Shown here piece by piece: positions 27,035 to 39,429 of a stretch of 64,000 bases of DNA. The notes below the pieces were generated by a model, which saw only the letters and a program-made list of their open reading frames with translations, made no database searches and was not told where the DNA came from. Location: NCBI GenBank assembly GCA_963662335.2, contig CAXXVD010000002.1, positions 736,001 through 800,000 of the forward strand, given 5' to 3'. A program made the position numbers and the translations under genes. Source of the DNA: Chloroflexota bacterium (GTDB taxonomy: Bacteria; Chloroflexota; UBA11872; VXOZ01). The stretch's first letter is position 1. Every line of letters begins with the position of its first letter.

Positions 27035-29482
27035 GTGGATGTCGATCGTCTAACGGACATGGCCAGGCAGGCGCTGGCCTTGGCGCGCAACGAGGCGCTC
27101 TTCTTCCAACACGAACAGGTGCGGCCCGAGCACATCCTGCTCGCGCTCGTGGCCCTGCCCGAGTGTCTCGCGGCGCGGCTGCTGCGTGAGCTTGGGCTCG
27201 ACCTGCACGTGATCGTGCGCGAGATTGTGGCGGCGATCGACTTCGGCAAGACCCGTGAAACGTCCGCCAACCCCCGGTTCTCCGCCGCGGTCGCGCGCGT
27301 GCTGGAACTCGCCGAGGCCGAGTCCAAGGCGCTCTCCGCGGAATATACCGGCACCGAGCACGTGCTCCTCGGCCTGCTCATCGAAGAAGAAGGGCTGGCC
27401 TCCCACATCCTCATCAACCGTCTGGGCGTGCAGGTGGACGTGATCCGGCAGGTGGCCGCCCGCTGGGCGCGCAAGAGTCCGGAAATCGGCCGGCAGCGCG
27501 GCCGGGAGCGTTCGCGGCGCCAGGAACGCTCCTCCATACTGACGCAGTATGGGCGGGACCTCACCCAACTGGCCCGCCAGCAGGAACTCGACCCGGTCAT
27601 CGGCCGCCACCAGGAGACCGAGCGCATGTGCGAGGTCCTGCTGCGCCGCCGCAAGAACAACCCGGTGCTCGTCGGGCCGGCCGGTGTCGGCAAGACCGCG
27701 GTCGTCGAGGGTCTGGCCGAACGCATCGTCTCCAAGGAAGCGCCCACCATCATGCACGAGGCGCGCGTCGTGCAACTGGACCTGGCCGGTCTCATTGCCG
27801 GCACCAAGTTTCGCGGCGAGTTCGAGGAACGCCTGAAGCGGCTGCTCGAAGAGGTCCGGAAGAGCGAAAACCTGATCCTCTTCGTTGACGAAGTGCACAT
27901 GATGCTGGGCGCCGGGTCCGCGGCCGGCGCGATGGACGCCGCCAACATGCTCAAGCCCGCGCTCGCCCGCGGCGACCTGCGCCTGATCGGCGCGACCACG
28001 TGGGAAGAATACCGCCGCTACATCGAGCGCGACGGCGGCCTGGTGCGGCGCTTTCAACCGGTGCCGGTCGAAGAGCCGGCCTTCGAGGAAACGGTGGCCA
28101 TCCTGTCCGGCATTCGCCGCGTCTACGAGACCTACCACGGCGTGACCGTGACCGACGAAGCGCTGGTAAGCTCGGTGCGGCTCGCCCAGCGCTACTTGCC
28201 CGCGCGCTTCTTCCCCGATAAGTCGATCGACCTCATCGACGAGGCCGCCGCCCGCGTCAAAGTGGCGCGCCTGACGCCGCCGTCCGAGACGCGTAAGCTC
28301 AAGCACCGGCTGGAGTTGCTGCAAAAGGAAGCAAAAGCGGCCCGGGAAGAGGGCAACTACGATTGGATAACGCGCGTTAACAGCGAAATAGAGAGCCTGC
28401 ACATGCAGTTGCGCGACATCGAGACCGGCTGGCGGCGCAAACTGGCGGAGCAGAAGGCCGAAATCGGCGAGAAGGAGATCGCCGCCGTTATCGCCCAGTG
28501 GACGGGGATTCCCAGCAGCACGGTCGATACGGACGAAGCGCGGCGCCTCCTGCGGATGGAAGCGGCGATCGCCGAGCGCATCGTGGGACAGCCGGAGCCA
28601 ACGCGCGAAGTGGCGCAGGCGCTCAGACGGGCGCTCGCCGGCGTCAAGGACCCCACTCGTCCCATTGGCTCCTTCCTCTTCGTCGGCGGCCCCGGCGTGG
28701 GCAAGACGGAACTGGCCAAGGCCATTGCCGAGTTCGCGCTCGGCGATGAGAAGCAGATCGTCCGCATCGACATGTCGGAGTACGATGAGTACCACACCGT
28801 CTCGCGCCTCATCGGCTCGCCGCCGGGCTACGTGGGCTACGATGAAGCGGGACAGCTTACGGAGGCGGTGCGGCGGCGGGCGTACGCCGTCATCTTGCTC
28901 GACGACATCGACAAAGCGCATCCCGCCGTGCTCGACGCCCTCTTGCAGGTCCTCGACCACGGCCAACTCACCGACGGCCAGGGACGCGCCGTGAGCTTCC
29001 GCAACGCAATCTTGATCTTCACGTCCAACTTCTTCGACGATGATCCGGAGCGCGCCGGCATCGGCTTCAACGCCCATGACACGGTGGTAGACTACCAGCG
29101 CATCAAGCAGGCCGCGCTCAAGACGCTCGAGCGCAACCTGCGGCCTGAGTTCCTGAACCGCGTGGACACCGTCTGCGCGTTCCGTCCGCTGGAACCGGAC
29201 GACATTCACGCGATCGCCGAGCGACTGGTGGCGGAGTGCGCGGCGCGCCTGGCGGATGAGGGCGTTACCCTGGCGGTGGCTGACGACGTCGTCGCACACC
29301 TGGCAAAGCGCTGCGGCGCGGCGCAGGGCGCGCGGCCCTTGCGCCGCCTCGTCACCGCGCTGCTGGAAGACCCGCTCACCGATCTGCGCCTCCGGCACGA
29401 TGGGCAAACACACTGGCTGGTGGCGCTCAACGCGGCCGGCGACGACGTCGTGATCGAGCCGGCTGAGGTCGCGATTGGCTGA
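27035..29482 (+). CDS. clpC: ClpC-type ATP-dependent Clp protease ATPase subunit
   Basis: Two Clp_N repeats, [14 protein letters not shown] (D1), short coiled-coil M domain, GVGKTELA (D2), [12 protein letters not shown] loop, GARPLRR. Confidence 0.9.
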   Translation: MDVDRLTDMARQALALARNEALFFQHEQVRPEHILLALVALPECLAARLLRELGLDLHVIVREIVAAIDFGKTRETSANPRFSAAVARVLELAEAESKALSAEYTGTEHVLLGLLIEEEGLASHILINRLGVQVDVIRQVAARWARKSPEIGRQRGRERSRRQERSSILTQYGRDLTQLARQQELDPVIGRHQETERMCEVLLRRRKNNPVLVGPAGVGKTAVVEGLAERIVSKEAPTIMHEARVVQLDLAGLIAGTKFRGEFEERLKRLLEEVRKSENLILFVDEVHMMLGAGSAAGAMDAANMLKPALARGDLRLIGATTWEEYRRYIERDGGLVRRFQPVPVEEPAFEETVAILSGIRRVYETYHGVTVTDEALVSSVRLAQRYLPARFFPDKSIDLIDEAAARVKVARLTPPSETRKLKHRLELLQKEAKAAREEGNYDWITRVNSEIESLHMQLRDIETGWRRKLAEQKAEIGEKEIAAVIAQWTGIPSSTVDTDEARRLLRMEAAIAERIVGQPEPTREVAQALRRALAGVKDPTRPIGSFLFVGGPGVGKTELAKAIAEFALGDEKQIVRIDMSEYDEYHTVSRLIGSPPGYVGYDEAGQLTEAVRRRAYAVILLDDIDKAHPAVLDALLQVLDHGQLTDGQGRAVSFRNAILIFTSNFFDDDPERAGIGFNAHDTVVDYQRIKQAALKTLERNLRPEFLNRVDTVCAFRPLEPDDIHAIAERLVAECAARLADEGVTLAVADDVVAHLAKRCGAAQGARPLRRLVTALLEDPLTDLRLRHDGQTHWLVALNAAGDDVVIEPAEVAIG

Positions 29483-29490
29483 CCGGCTCT

Positions 29491-29612
29491 GCCGTTCGCC
29501 CTGAGCCTGTCGCAGGGCGAGACTGCACGGACCGGCGAGCCACGTTGTGCTTCGACAAGCTCAGCACGAACTGCCATGTGGCTGTTCCGTTCGCCCTGAG
29601 CCTGTCGAAGGG
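29491..29612. repeat. Cluster of CCGTTCGCCCTGAGCCTGTCGAAGGG-family palindromic repeats (direct-inverted-direct)
   Basis: Copies at ~29492, ~29547 (inverted) and ~29587; same family at 20957-21031, 41596-41700, 60820. Confidence 0.8.
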
Positions 29613-29652
29613 CGAGCCTGCGCAGCGCGAAGTGTGCGTGAGAAGAAGTCTA

Positions 29653-30348
29653 GTGCGGGATCTGATCCACCGCCTGTTCGATCTGCTGCTGCCGCAGCGG
29701 TGCGTGAGTTGCGGCGTCCTGGGCGAGAACTTCTGCCCGCCGTGCATTGCGCAAATCACCGCCTCGCCGGCCCTGCACTGCGCGCTCTGCACGGCCGCCG
29801 TGGCCCGCCCCTTCACGCTTTGCCAAGGCTGCCGGCGCACCTATCCCCGGCTGCGGGGCATCGTCTCCGTAGGCGCGTTTGGCGGCCCGCTGCGTCACGC
29901 AATACACCACTTCAAGTACCGCAGCCGCACCAGCTTGGCGCAGGAGCTAGGCACGTTGCTGAGCCAAACCGTCATCGAGGCGGAGATGCCTCCGTGCGCC
30001 ACGATCGTGCCGGTGCCGCTCCATCCCAAACGAGAGACGGCGCGCGGCTTCAATCAAGCGGCGCTGGTGGCGGGGGAAGTAAGCCGGCGGCTGCACGCGT
30101 CCCTGGACCGCGAAGGCATTGCGCGCGTTGTCGATACACCGCCGCAGGTGGGATTGTCGCGGGCGCAACGCCTGCGCAACGTCGCCAATGCGTTCGCGGC
30201 GCGGCCCGGCGCCTACAGCAACGGCGGCGTGCTGCTCATCGACGACGTCGCGACCACCGGGGCGACTCTGGTAACGTGCGCCCGGCAGATCACGCGTGAG
30301 GGCGGCGCGCCCTGGGTATGGGGCGCGGTGCTGGCGCGGGACCGCTGA
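29653..30348 (+). CDS. comF: ComF family protein (double zinc ribbon plus phosphoribosyltransferase domain)
   Basis: LLPQRCVSC, CPPC, CALC, CQGC, VPVPLHPKR, RGFNQA, LLIDDVATTGATL; start trimmed to GTG 29653 because the upstream extension is REP sequence. Confidence 0.9.
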   Translation: MRDLIHRLFDLLLPQRCVSCGVLGENFCPPCIAQITASPALHCALCTAAVARPFTLCQGCRRTYPRLRGIVSVGAFGGPLRHAIHHFKYRSRTSLAQELGTLLSQTVIEAEMPPCATIVPVPLHPKRETARGFNQAALVAGEVSRRLHASLDREGIARVVDTPPQVGLSRAQRLRNVANAFAARPGAYSNGGVLLIDDVATTGATLVTCARQITREGGAPWVWGAVLARDR

Positions 30349-30388
30349 GCGTTTGCAGGCGATTAAGTTTGCAGTCTTGGCTAGGAGG

Positions 30389-30500
30389 TGGGGGACAAGC
30401 CCCCGCGCTACGGCTACATCCGTCATTCCCGCGCACGCGGGAATCCATCCGCGCCGCAGCGAGATTAGCCGTACGCGTTGAGGAACAAGCCACCGCGCTA
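30389..30500. repeat. Mixed REP cluster between convergent genes
   Basis: GGGGACAAGCCCCCGCGCTAC, then CGTCATTCCCGCGCACGCGGGAATCCAT (30421-30448), then degenerate ACAAGCCACCGCGCTA. Confidence 0.8.
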
Positions 30501-30911
30501 TAGAAAACGGGCGCTTCCCGCCCTGGGCTGCGCGCGTTGCCAGCGGCGCAGCGCGCGGTCGGCGATGTCAGCCACCGCGGCGGGCAGCCTGAGAATCTCG
30601 TCCACGCCGTTCCAGTCCCAGCGGGTGCGCGTGCGCGGTTCCACGAGCAGCACGATTGTCAAAGACACGCGGGCCATGGCCTTGATGCGCGCACACTCCT
30701 CGTACACGTGGGGATAGATAAACGCTTCGTCGAGCGCCAGCACGTACCCACTCCCCGGCGCGCCTTCCGCCTCCGCTGAGAGGAAGCGCGTCAAGTCTTC
30801 CAGGCCGCGGACCGTATGAACGACCGCGCCGCGCGTTTGCAGTTCCACTGCCAGCCTCATGCGTAGCTGTGGATTTGCGATTGCCACGATGATGTCAACT
30901 TGCCCCACCAT
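30498..30911 (-). CDS. Receiver-fold (pseudo-receiver) small protein
   Basis: Alternating beta/alpha pattern IIVAI...VLALD...IVLLV...GVDEILRLP; acidic pocket and Lys absent. Confidence 0.5.
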   Translation of the reverse strand: MVGQVDIIVAIANPQLRMRLAVELQTRGAVVHTVRGLEDLTRFLSAEAEGAPGSGYVLALDEAFIYPHVYEECARIKAMARVSLTIVLLVEPRTRTRWDWNGVDEILRLPAAVADIADRALRRWQRAQPRAGSARFL

Positions 30912-30942
30912 TCTCTTGCGCTCACCCTGTTAGCAATACCTG

Positions 30943-33684
30943 CTATAGCCGTCTCGGCGCGCCGCGCCGCAAAGGCCGCAACCGCCGCAGCCGCGCGAGC
31001 CGGCGGGCGCGAGCAAGCAGGTCCACCGGCCGGCGAGCCTGAAGCGCCGCCGGCATTCGCAGCCGCGGCAGGCGCGCCGCGCGCACGAACGAGCCGAAGA
31101 TGCTGAGTTCGTACCACGTGAAGCGCAGGCGGCGCACGCCCACGTCGGCCACGAAGAGCAGCAGCGCGAACACCACGAGCGGCTGCCAGAACGGGCGGTA
31201 ATATCCTTCCGGCGGCGGCCGGTCGTGGCGAAAGGCCTCGTCCGCGCTCGTAAGCGCCTGTCCGCCGGTGGCCGCCGCAAGCCGCCGCAGCAGCCGGTAG
31301 TTGGTCTCGAAGCTCAAGAATTCGGCCGCCACCGGCACCACCGCGCCGGTAATCTGCTCCACCACGGGCGTATCGCCGTCGTACTGCGTAATGCGCAGCG
31401 CGTACACGCCGGCCTTGTCCGTCGTAAGCGTGCCTCCGTACCGTCCCGGCGCCGTCTGGGGCAACACCAAAGAGAACGCCCGTTGTTCCGGCCCGGCCAC
31501 CTCTACCTGCGTGGTGAGCAAGTTGCGCGCGTTGCCCTGCTCGTCCACCGAGTCCACCGCCACCGTTACGTCGCTGCCGTCCACGCGCACCTGCGTCGCC
31601 AGCCGCGGGTTGAGCGGACTCGGCATCGTCCAGCGCACCATTTGCGCCCAGAAGCGTTGATTCTGGGGCCACTCGCCCCAGTCCGCCGCCCAGTCCTGCC
31701 CCGCGTCGCTGGTCCAGGCCACGGCGCGGCCCAGGCCGTACTGCCACTGCGCCAGAATGACCTCGCTGGTATCGGAAAGCAGCGGCGTTTCGGCGGCCGG
31801 TTTCGCCTCCGTGCGCACAAACGCGGAGAGATTGGGCAAGGAAGCCGGCAGGATTGCGCGCAGGATGGGGCTGGCGGTTACCACCCGCGGCTGGAAGAGC
31901 CGGCTCATGACGAGCGAGCGGCTGGCGCGTTGGCTCTCTTTCGTCACCACTTGCGGGATGTTTTCCGGCACGTCGGCGTAGTAGTAGCGGCCGTCGCCCT
32001 GCCGCACCAGGCGCTGCAAGAGGTTCTGGTCGGCGTCAGCGCCCACCGCCACCGCCGAGAGCGTAATGTGGTCGCGCCTCATGCGGGACATCAACGTTTC
32101 CCAGAGGCCGGGCGCGGAGGTTGACTGGCCGTCCGTCACCAGGATGATGTGCTTCACCTGGGCCGGCGTGCGCCGCAGCGTGTCGTAGGCCAGTTGCAGG
32201 GCATTGTAGATGTCGGTGCCGCCGCCGGCCTCGATGGTGGAGACGCGCCGCACCACGTTGCGGGCGTCCTCGGCGTCGTTCACCGGCGCGGGGCGCACCA
32301 CCCACTGGGGCGAATACTCGAAAGCCAGCACGCCGAGCACGTCGCCGGCTTGCAAGATCTCCACCGCTTGCGCCGCCGCCTCCCGCGCCATGGCGATCTT
32401 CGATACCGGCGAGCCTTCGTTCATGCTGCCCGACTTGTCGATGAGCAGCGCCAACGCCAAGGTGGGCAATTCCTCGTGGTCCGGCGGCTGCGAGATGACG
32501 GGCAGCGCGTGTTCCAAGGGCGTGCCGCCGTAATCGCCCATGCCGAAGGCCGCGGCCCCGCCCAGCGCCACCAGACCGCCGCCAAAGCGCTGCACGTACG
32601 CGCGCAGCGTTTCCATTTGCTGCTCGGTGAGCAGCGAAGCCGGCACGTTCACGAGCACGACACTGGAGACGTCGTCCAACTCTTCCGGGCGCGCCGGAAG
32701 CTGGGCCGGCGTGACGTTCTGGGCGTGGATGCCGGCCGCCTGGAGCGCCTGGGTCAGAATCAACGCGTCCCCAACCATGCTTTCCACCACCAGCACCACG
32801 CCTTTCGGTCCCACTTGCGCGTAGCCGTAGGCGTCGTTGTTCTGTGGACGCCGGTCGTCCGGCGCTACCACCTGGGCGCGAAAGGAGTAGAATCCTTCTG
32901 CCACACCGGGCTGCTGGATCGTGAAGGCGTTTTGCCCGTATTCCAGCGTCACCGGCCCTTCGCTAACCAGCGTTTCGTTCATGAAGAGGCGCAGCACCGC
33001 CTCGCCGCGCAGGGTGGCAGTCACCGACACCCGCACCTCGAAGCTCTCCTCTTCGCGCAGAGCCTGGGGCGGGGCCACCTCGGTAACGGCCGCGTCCACC
33101 CCCGGTTCGGCCAAGAGCGGCACCACGTCCACCTGCACGCCCTGGGCCGCGACCACCTCCGCCGCGCGCATCACGTCGCCGGCCGTCTGGTTGCCGTCGG
33201 AGAGCAGCACGATGCGTTTCGGCGCGTCCGGCGGGAAGAACGACGCGGCCATCTCCAGCGCGTTGGCGATGTTCGTGCGCTCGTCCGGCGGCTGCGTCGC
33301 TTCGCTTTCGTCCGGCGCGCCGCGGCCGAACGGCTGCTCGATGCGCGTCTCCGCGCCAAACGTCAAGAGGGCAAAGCTGTCGTCCGGCGCGCGCGCCGCG
33401 GCCGCCCTTTCGATCCATTGGCGCGCGGCGGACTGGGTTGCCGGTAGCACACTGGCCGACGTATCCAGCAGGAAGATCGTATTGACCGGCCCGCCCGGTA
33501 CCGGCAACCGCAACCCGGCCAGCGCCGCAATGAGCAGCGTAACCGCCAGCAGCCGCAGCGCCGTAGCCAGAACCAGCGTGCGCCGCGAAAGCTGCGTCAC
33601 GCCCTGCCTGGCAACCACGACGACAAGCGCCCAAACGAGCGGGATAAGCAGCAACAGCCACGGCTGTGTAAAGTAGTCAAGCAT
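30943..33684 (-). CDS. Membrane-anchored double-VWA domain protein with glutamine-amidotransferase-like region
   Basis: MIDAS motifs DTSAS and DKSGS, LLSDG and LVTDG, GGGLVALGG..FGMGDY, WQYGLGR; start trimmed to ATG 33684. Confidence 0.85.
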   Translation of the reverse strand: MLDYFTQPWLLLLIPLVWALVVVVARQGVTQLSRRTLVLATALRLLAVTLLIAALAGLRLPVPGGPVNTIFLLDTSASVLPATQSAARQWIERAAAARAPDDSFALLTFGAETRIEQPFGRGAPDESEATQPPDERTNIANALEMAASFFPPDAPKRIVLLSDGNQTAGDVMRAAEVVAAQGVQVDVVPLLAEPGVDAAVTEVAPPQALREEESFEVRVSVTATLRGEAVLRLFMNETLVSEGPVTLEYGQNAFTIQQPGVAEGFYSFRAQVVAPDDRRPQNNDAYGYAQVGPKGVVLVVESMVGDALILTQALQAAGIHAQNVTPAQLPARPEELDDVSSVVLVNVPASLLTEQQMETLRAYVQRFGGGLVALGGAAAFGMGDYGGTPLEHALPVISQPPDHEELPTLALALLIDKSGSMNEGSPVSKIAMAREAAAQAVEILQAGDVLGVLAFEYSPQWVVRPAPVNDAEDARNVVRRVSTIEAGGGTDIYNALQLAYDTLRRTPAQVKHIILVTDGQSTSAPGLWETLMSRMRRDHITLSAVAVGADADQNLLQRLVRQGDGRYYYADVPENIPQVVTKESQRASRSLVMSRLFQPRVVTASPILRAILPASLPNLSAFVRTEAKPAAETPLLSDTSEVILAQWQYGLGRAVAWTSDAGQDWAADWGEWPQNQRFWAQMVRWTMPSPLNPRLATQVRVDGSDVTVAVDSVDEQGNARNLLTTQVEVAGPEQRAFSLVLPQTAPGRYGGTLTTDKAGVYALRITQYDGDTPVVEQITGAVVPVAAEFLSFETNYRLLRRLAAATGGQALTSADEAFRHDRPPPEGYYRPFWQPLVVFALLLFVADVGVRRLRFTWYELSIFGSFVRAARLPRLRMPAALQARRPVDLLARARRLARLRRLRPLRRGAPRRL

Positions 33685-33686
33685 CG

Positions 33687-35552
33687 TTACGTGCGCACCC
33701 GGTGGTACCAGACCCACTCACAGAGCAAGAGCGCGAGCGCGAGCAACGCCAGGTACCGCCAGATTTCTTGGAAGACGGGCAATTCGACCGGCGGCACGGA
33801 CGCCGCGCCGCCCGCGAGCGCGGGCAACTGCGCTCCAACGTTCGCTTCCGCGCCCGCGGCGGAGCCGGCCGGCTCCTGAAGGCTAACGATGAAGATCTCG
33901 CGGTAGATTTCTTGCTCGCCCGCATAGTGCGCCACCCGGTAGACGCCCAGTTCCGCCGTGGCGGAGAAGGGGATGCGCTGCCTGCCCGCGAACGAGACGC
34001 GCCCGCCGCCCGGCTGCTCCACCACCAGGCGGTCGGCGTGAGGATGCAGGCCGAGTTCGATCACGTCCTGCGGCTGCACGTGGGTAACCGCCTCTTGCAT
34101 GCGGTAGGGGTTGAGCCACTGGTAGACGTTCCCCATCAGCACCGGAAAGGCCGTGCGCAGCGGCAGGTTGCTCTCCATGAGCGAGAACGTGAAGACCACC
34201 ATGCGCCGCCCGTCGTAGGCGCCGCTGAAGAGCAGCGGCCCGCGATTGCTGCCAATGAGTTCGTCGGCCCAGGCGGGCAGTTCCAGCCGCTGCGCGCGGG
34301 AGACACGCAGATCGCGGACGTCCACGAACCGCATGAGGTCGTGCTCCGGCGCCACGAATGCCACCGGCGGTTCCAGTATCTCGCCGGTCACCGCCAGCAA
34401 CGGCGCGCCGGCCGGCGGATCGAAGATCAACCAGTTGCCGGGCGGCAGCGCGGCCGGCAGCCAGCCGTCGAAGATGTAGAGGTCGTAGACGTCCGCGGGC
34501 CGAAACTCCACCGGACGCACGTGGTCCAGCGCGAGATGCGGAAACGAGCCGAACACGGTGCTGAGAAAGAAGGGCGTATCCGAGACCAGGAGCGCGCGCA
34601 GCACGGGCGGCGGATTGAGCATAGCCGCCGCGCGGTCGTCCGCCGCCAGCGCGTCCTCGTGATCCAGCACCGCGTCCACGCGCGCGGTTTCGGCCGGAAA
34701 ATCGCCAAAGACGACGTCCAGCGAGGAACCCGCCTGCGGGTAGGGAGCCAACGTGATCTCGCGCCGCTCCAGCGGCTGCCCGTCCGCCAGAATTGCCAGC
34801 GGCACGGTGGCGGCCTGCGGGCTGTAGTTCTGCACCTGCACGAACGCCTGGAGGCTGTCCGCGCGCCGGCGGACGGCGAAGGCGCTTATGCCTTGGTTGG
34901 CCGCCGGCGCGCCCACCCGTACGAAATAGACCGTCGCGTTGAGCGACTCGGGCATGACCGGCGCGCCAAAGCTGCCGTCGGTGTAGAGGTAAACCTCGCT
35001 GCCGGGCAGGGAATCGGCCAGCGAAACCGCCAGTTGCAGAGTGCGTTCCGTAGCGCCGACAGTCGCCGTCTGCGTAATGCTCTCGATGGCGGCGCGCGCG
35101 GCCTCCCTATCCGGTGTCTGGTACGCAAGCACCGCGGGCTGATTGTCGAAACTCACCACGGTGAGCCGATCGCCCGGTTCGCTGATTGCAATCTGTTCCA
35201 GCGCGGCGGCTTGCGCCGCTTCCAACCGCGTTGCGTCGCCGTATGCCACGCTCATGCTGGCGGAGGCGTCGATGAGGTGCACCACGTGCCGCTGCGGCAG
35301 GGTATTCGCCGTGCGCTCTGGCCGCGCCAGCACCAAAGCCAGCAAGAGGATCGCCAGCAGTTGCAAGAGCAGCAGGAGGTGACGCCGCAGCCGTTGCCAG
35401 AGCGTGAGCGCCTGCTCGCGCTGCACCAGGTCGCGCCAGAGGAAGACGCTGGGCACCTCCACGCGCAGGCTGCGCGGCCGCAAGATGTAGAAGAGCAGCA
35501 CCAGCCCCGCGAGCGCCGCCCACGCCAGCGCCAATGGAACCAGCAAACTCAT
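33687..35552 (-). CDS. BatA/VWA domain membrane protein
   Basis: N-terminal BatA-like LLFYILRPR..VPSVFLW..LLLLQLL..LARP, DASASM, YTDG, C-terminal TM LLLCEW; start trimmed to ATG 35552. Confidence 0.85.
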   Translation of the reverse strand: MSLLVPLALAWAALAGLVLLFYILRPRSLRVEVPSVFLWRDLVQREQALTLWQRLRRHLLLLLQLLAILLLALVLARPERTANTLPQRHVVHLIDASASMSVAYGDATRLEAAQAAALEQIAISEPGDRLTVVSFDNQPAVLAYQTPDREAARAAIESITQTATVGATERTLQLAVSLADSLPGSEVYLYTDGSFGAPVMPESLNATVYFVRVGAPAANQGISAFAVRRRADSLQAFVQVQNYSPQAATVPLAILADGQPLERREITLAPYPQAGSSLDVVFGDFPAETARVDAVLDHEDALAADDRAAAMLNPPPVLRALLVSDTPFFLSTVFGSFPHLALDHVRPVEFRPADVYDLYIFDGWLPAALPPGNWLIFDPPAGAPLLAVTGEILEPPVAFVAPEHDLMRFVDVRDLRVSRAQRLELPAWADELIGSNRGPLLFSGAYDGRRMVVFTFSLMESNLPLRTAFPVLMGNVYQWLNPYRMQEAVTHVQPQDVIELGLHPHADRLVVEQPGGGRVSFAGRQRIPFSATAELGVYRVAHYAGEQEIYREIFIVSLQEPAGSAAGAEANVGAQLPALAGGAASVPPVELPVFQEIWRYLALLALALLLCEWVWYHRVRT

Positions 35553-36432
35553 AGTACGACTCTCCGCAACAGCCGCTGGAACACCACCTCTTCCAGCGGC
35601 CAGGAGGTTTCCAGCCGCACGTAGCGCGCGTTGCGCCGGCCGCAGAACGTCTCGAGCTGGTCGGCCCAGGCCAGGGCGTGCTCCCGGTACTGGTTGAGGG
35701 TTTCCGCGTCCGCCGCCACGTTGATCGTCCGGCCCGTTTCCCGGTCCACCAGGCTCAACTCGCCGTTCAGTTGCGGATCGATCTCCGCCCAATCGAGCAC
35801 GTGCAGCACCACGAGTTCGTGTCCGCCCTCTTGAATCGCCGTAATGCCCCGGTAGGCGTCCTCGGTCATCATGTCGGAAATCAGAATCACCAGGCCGCGC
35901 TGGGCGTTGCGGGCCGTGTAGTTGCGCATGGCCGCCACCAGGGACGTGGCGCCGCTCACCGGCTCCGCCTGCTCCAGAAAGTCGAAGTAGCGCAGGATGA
36001 AGGCTCTCCCCTGGGCCGGCGCGAAATACTGGGTGATCGACTCGCTGAATACCGCCGCGGCGAGCACGTCGTCCCGGTTCAGCGCAATGTAGCCCAGGCT
36101 GCCGGCCAGCGACTTGGCGTAGGCAAATTTGTTCTGCCGGCCCCAATCCATCGAGCGGCTGCCGTCCACCAGCACGTGCACGGCCAGGTGCTCTTCGGCT
36201 TCGCGCAGCTTGATGTACAGGCGGTTCGAGCGTCCGAAGACGTTCCAGTCCACGTGGCGAAAGTCGTCGCCGGGGCTGTAGTTGCGGTAGTCGGCGAACT
36301 CGATCGAGGAGCCGAACTGCCGGCTGCGCCGCCCGCCGCCGCTCACCACGCCGTAGCCGCGCCGGCTGAGCAGTTGCAGCCGGTCCAGCCGCCGCAGAAA
36401 GGCGTGGTCGATCAGGGCCGCGGGACTCGCCT

Positions 36433-36436
<4 letters not shown>
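35549..36436 (-). CDS. DUF58 domain protein
   Basis: GSSIEFADYRNYSPGDDFRHVDWN, DGSRSM, LISD. Confidence 0.92.
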
Positions 36437-37430
<994 letters not shown>

Positions 37431-37434
<4 letters not shown>

Positions 37435-39128
37435 GGCGCTTGCTCCAGGGCGTTTGAGAGGGCGTTGAAGTACTGTTGGACGTAGTCGGCGACCGTCCAG
37501 GGCACGAAGTGGCTCGCGCCGCCGGTGGAGACGATGGCGTTGCCGGCGTCGGTCACGCCGTACTGCGCCGGCGCCGTGCCCGGACCGGGTACCGCCACCG
37601 GCGCGCGCTGCGGCGACCAGCGCGAGGGGCCGACGCCTCTATCCGCCAGCACGACCGACGGCTTCTGCGCGATCTGCAAGCGCGGCGCTTCCGGCCCCGG
37701 TTGGAAGGATTCCTCGCCTTGGTTACCGCCGCCCTGGCTGGGGCCGCCGCCGGGGGCGGATTGAAGTTGCCACGAATCTTGCTGCTGTGACTGCCCGGCC
37801 TCCTCCGTCACACCGGCCGTATTGAAGGCCTGTTGCGCCTGCGCTTGCTGCTGCTCCCCGCCCGGCTGCGCGCCCGCTTCCTCGCCGCCGGCGCCGGCGC
37901 GCAGTTGCTCCGCCTGCGCCTCCAACTGCTGCTGCGCCCGGATGCGCTGTCCCCGCTCCTCGATGGCATCGCCAAGCTCCTGGAGTTCGCGCTCCGTTGC
38001 CCGGTCGTTGTAGGAAGCGACCTCCCGGCTCACGTCCGCCAACTCCTGGGCCAGCCGCGGATCGACCGGCTCGGCGCGCTCGGCGGCCTTGGCAAAGGCG
38101 TCGGTCATGTCGTTACGATCCTCGCGCGAGAGATCGCGCACGTTGCGCGCCAAATCCTCCAGGGCTTGCGCCGCCTGCTCGAAGTTGCCTTGCTCGAGAC
38201 TCTGCCCGGCGCTCCGTGACGGCTGCGCCTGTGCGAGTTCCCGTCCGACCTCCGCCAGGGCGGTCTGCTGCTCGTTGACGTGGGGATTGCGTGATTCCTC
38301 CAACTGCTGGGCAAGGTCGCTGAGACTCGCCTCACCCTCTCCACGCTCCCCGGCCGCTCCCTCTTCCGTCGCCTCGCCTTGCTGTCCGGCGTTCTGTTGT
38401 TGGGCATTGTCAGCCTGCGTCAGCAGCGGCTGCAATTGCTCGGGTTGCGCCGCTTGCTCCGCATCCGGTTCCACGAGTTCCCCGGCGCCGCCGCTTTGGG
38501 ATTCTTCAGCCACCACCAGCGCATCGGGCGCGGCGGGTTCAGCCAGCGTGCCCTCGCGCGCGGCGGCTACCTGGTGCGCCAGGGGCGCGAGCGGCGCAAG
38601 CTGGCCGCCCATGTAGGGAAAGACCTCCCAGAAGAAGAGCGCCGCCAGACCCACGACCAGCAGGAGCGCGTCCACGCGCGGGATGCGCAGGGGAAACACC
38701 CGCCGGGGTTGGATCTCCTGCGCGTGGCGCCAGGCGTCTTCGAGTTGCACGCCGCGGAACGGGTTGGCGCTGGCGCTTTCCGATAACTCTACCGCCGTGG
38801 CCAGGCGCGCGGACAACGCCAGGCGCGCGTCGTAGGCCCGGGCAACGTCCAGCGCGGTGCGCCGCCGCGCGAGAACCGGGACCACCATCGCCGCAAAGAG
38901 GCCGGCCGCCAGCACAAGACTGAGCGTAAAGACGGGAAACTGCGGCGTGAACACCGAACCGCCAAAGGAAAGCGCCACGTAGAGCAAGGCCGCCAACCAC
39001 AACGCCCGCGCGCCCCGCCGCACCACGGCGCGCAACCGCAGCCTACGGCCAATCTGCCGCAGGCGCTGGCCGTAGGCCGCCGCGGCGGCCACGCCGGAGC
39101 CGGAGAATTCAGCAGTTGATGTTGCCAA
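37431..39128 (-). CDS. Membrane-anchored coiled-coil, Gln/Gly-rich protein (first gene of moxR operon)
   Basis: Three TM segments, LALSARLATAVE motif, long Q/E-rich helical region, C-terminal VPWTVADYVQQYF; ATGA overlap with moxR. Confidence 0.7.
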
Positions 39129-39429
39129 GATTGCCGCTTCCTAGACCCCAGTGACGGCTCGAATGCGGGCGGCGGCGTGAACGCGGGCGGCTGCGGGGAT
39201 TCACCGCGCCGCGGCGCAACCCCGGCGCGGCATCGCCCTGCCTGCGCGCGGCTCGCGGGCGCGTTGGGCAATCTGCCCCGGCACTGCCCGCTGCCTCAAT
39301 CTTACCCTAGTGCCAAGTGCGCGTAAACGCAGCCGTGATTGAAGCGCCGCAATCGCTGTGCTACCATGACAGCCAAATATGCCCCACCGTAACGAGCACT
39401 TTTCGCTGTGTTGATTGCAGGAGGACACG

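Noticed and set aside
27050-29413. Long antisense ORFs (also 44405-46378, 33702-35624, 4201-5556, 9713-11029)
   Set aside because: Shadow frames of high-GC3 genes with no recognisable motifs
29545-29652. N-terminal extension of ComF (…PFALSLSKGE…)
   Set aside because: Translates REP sequence; GTG 29653 gives a normal ComF start
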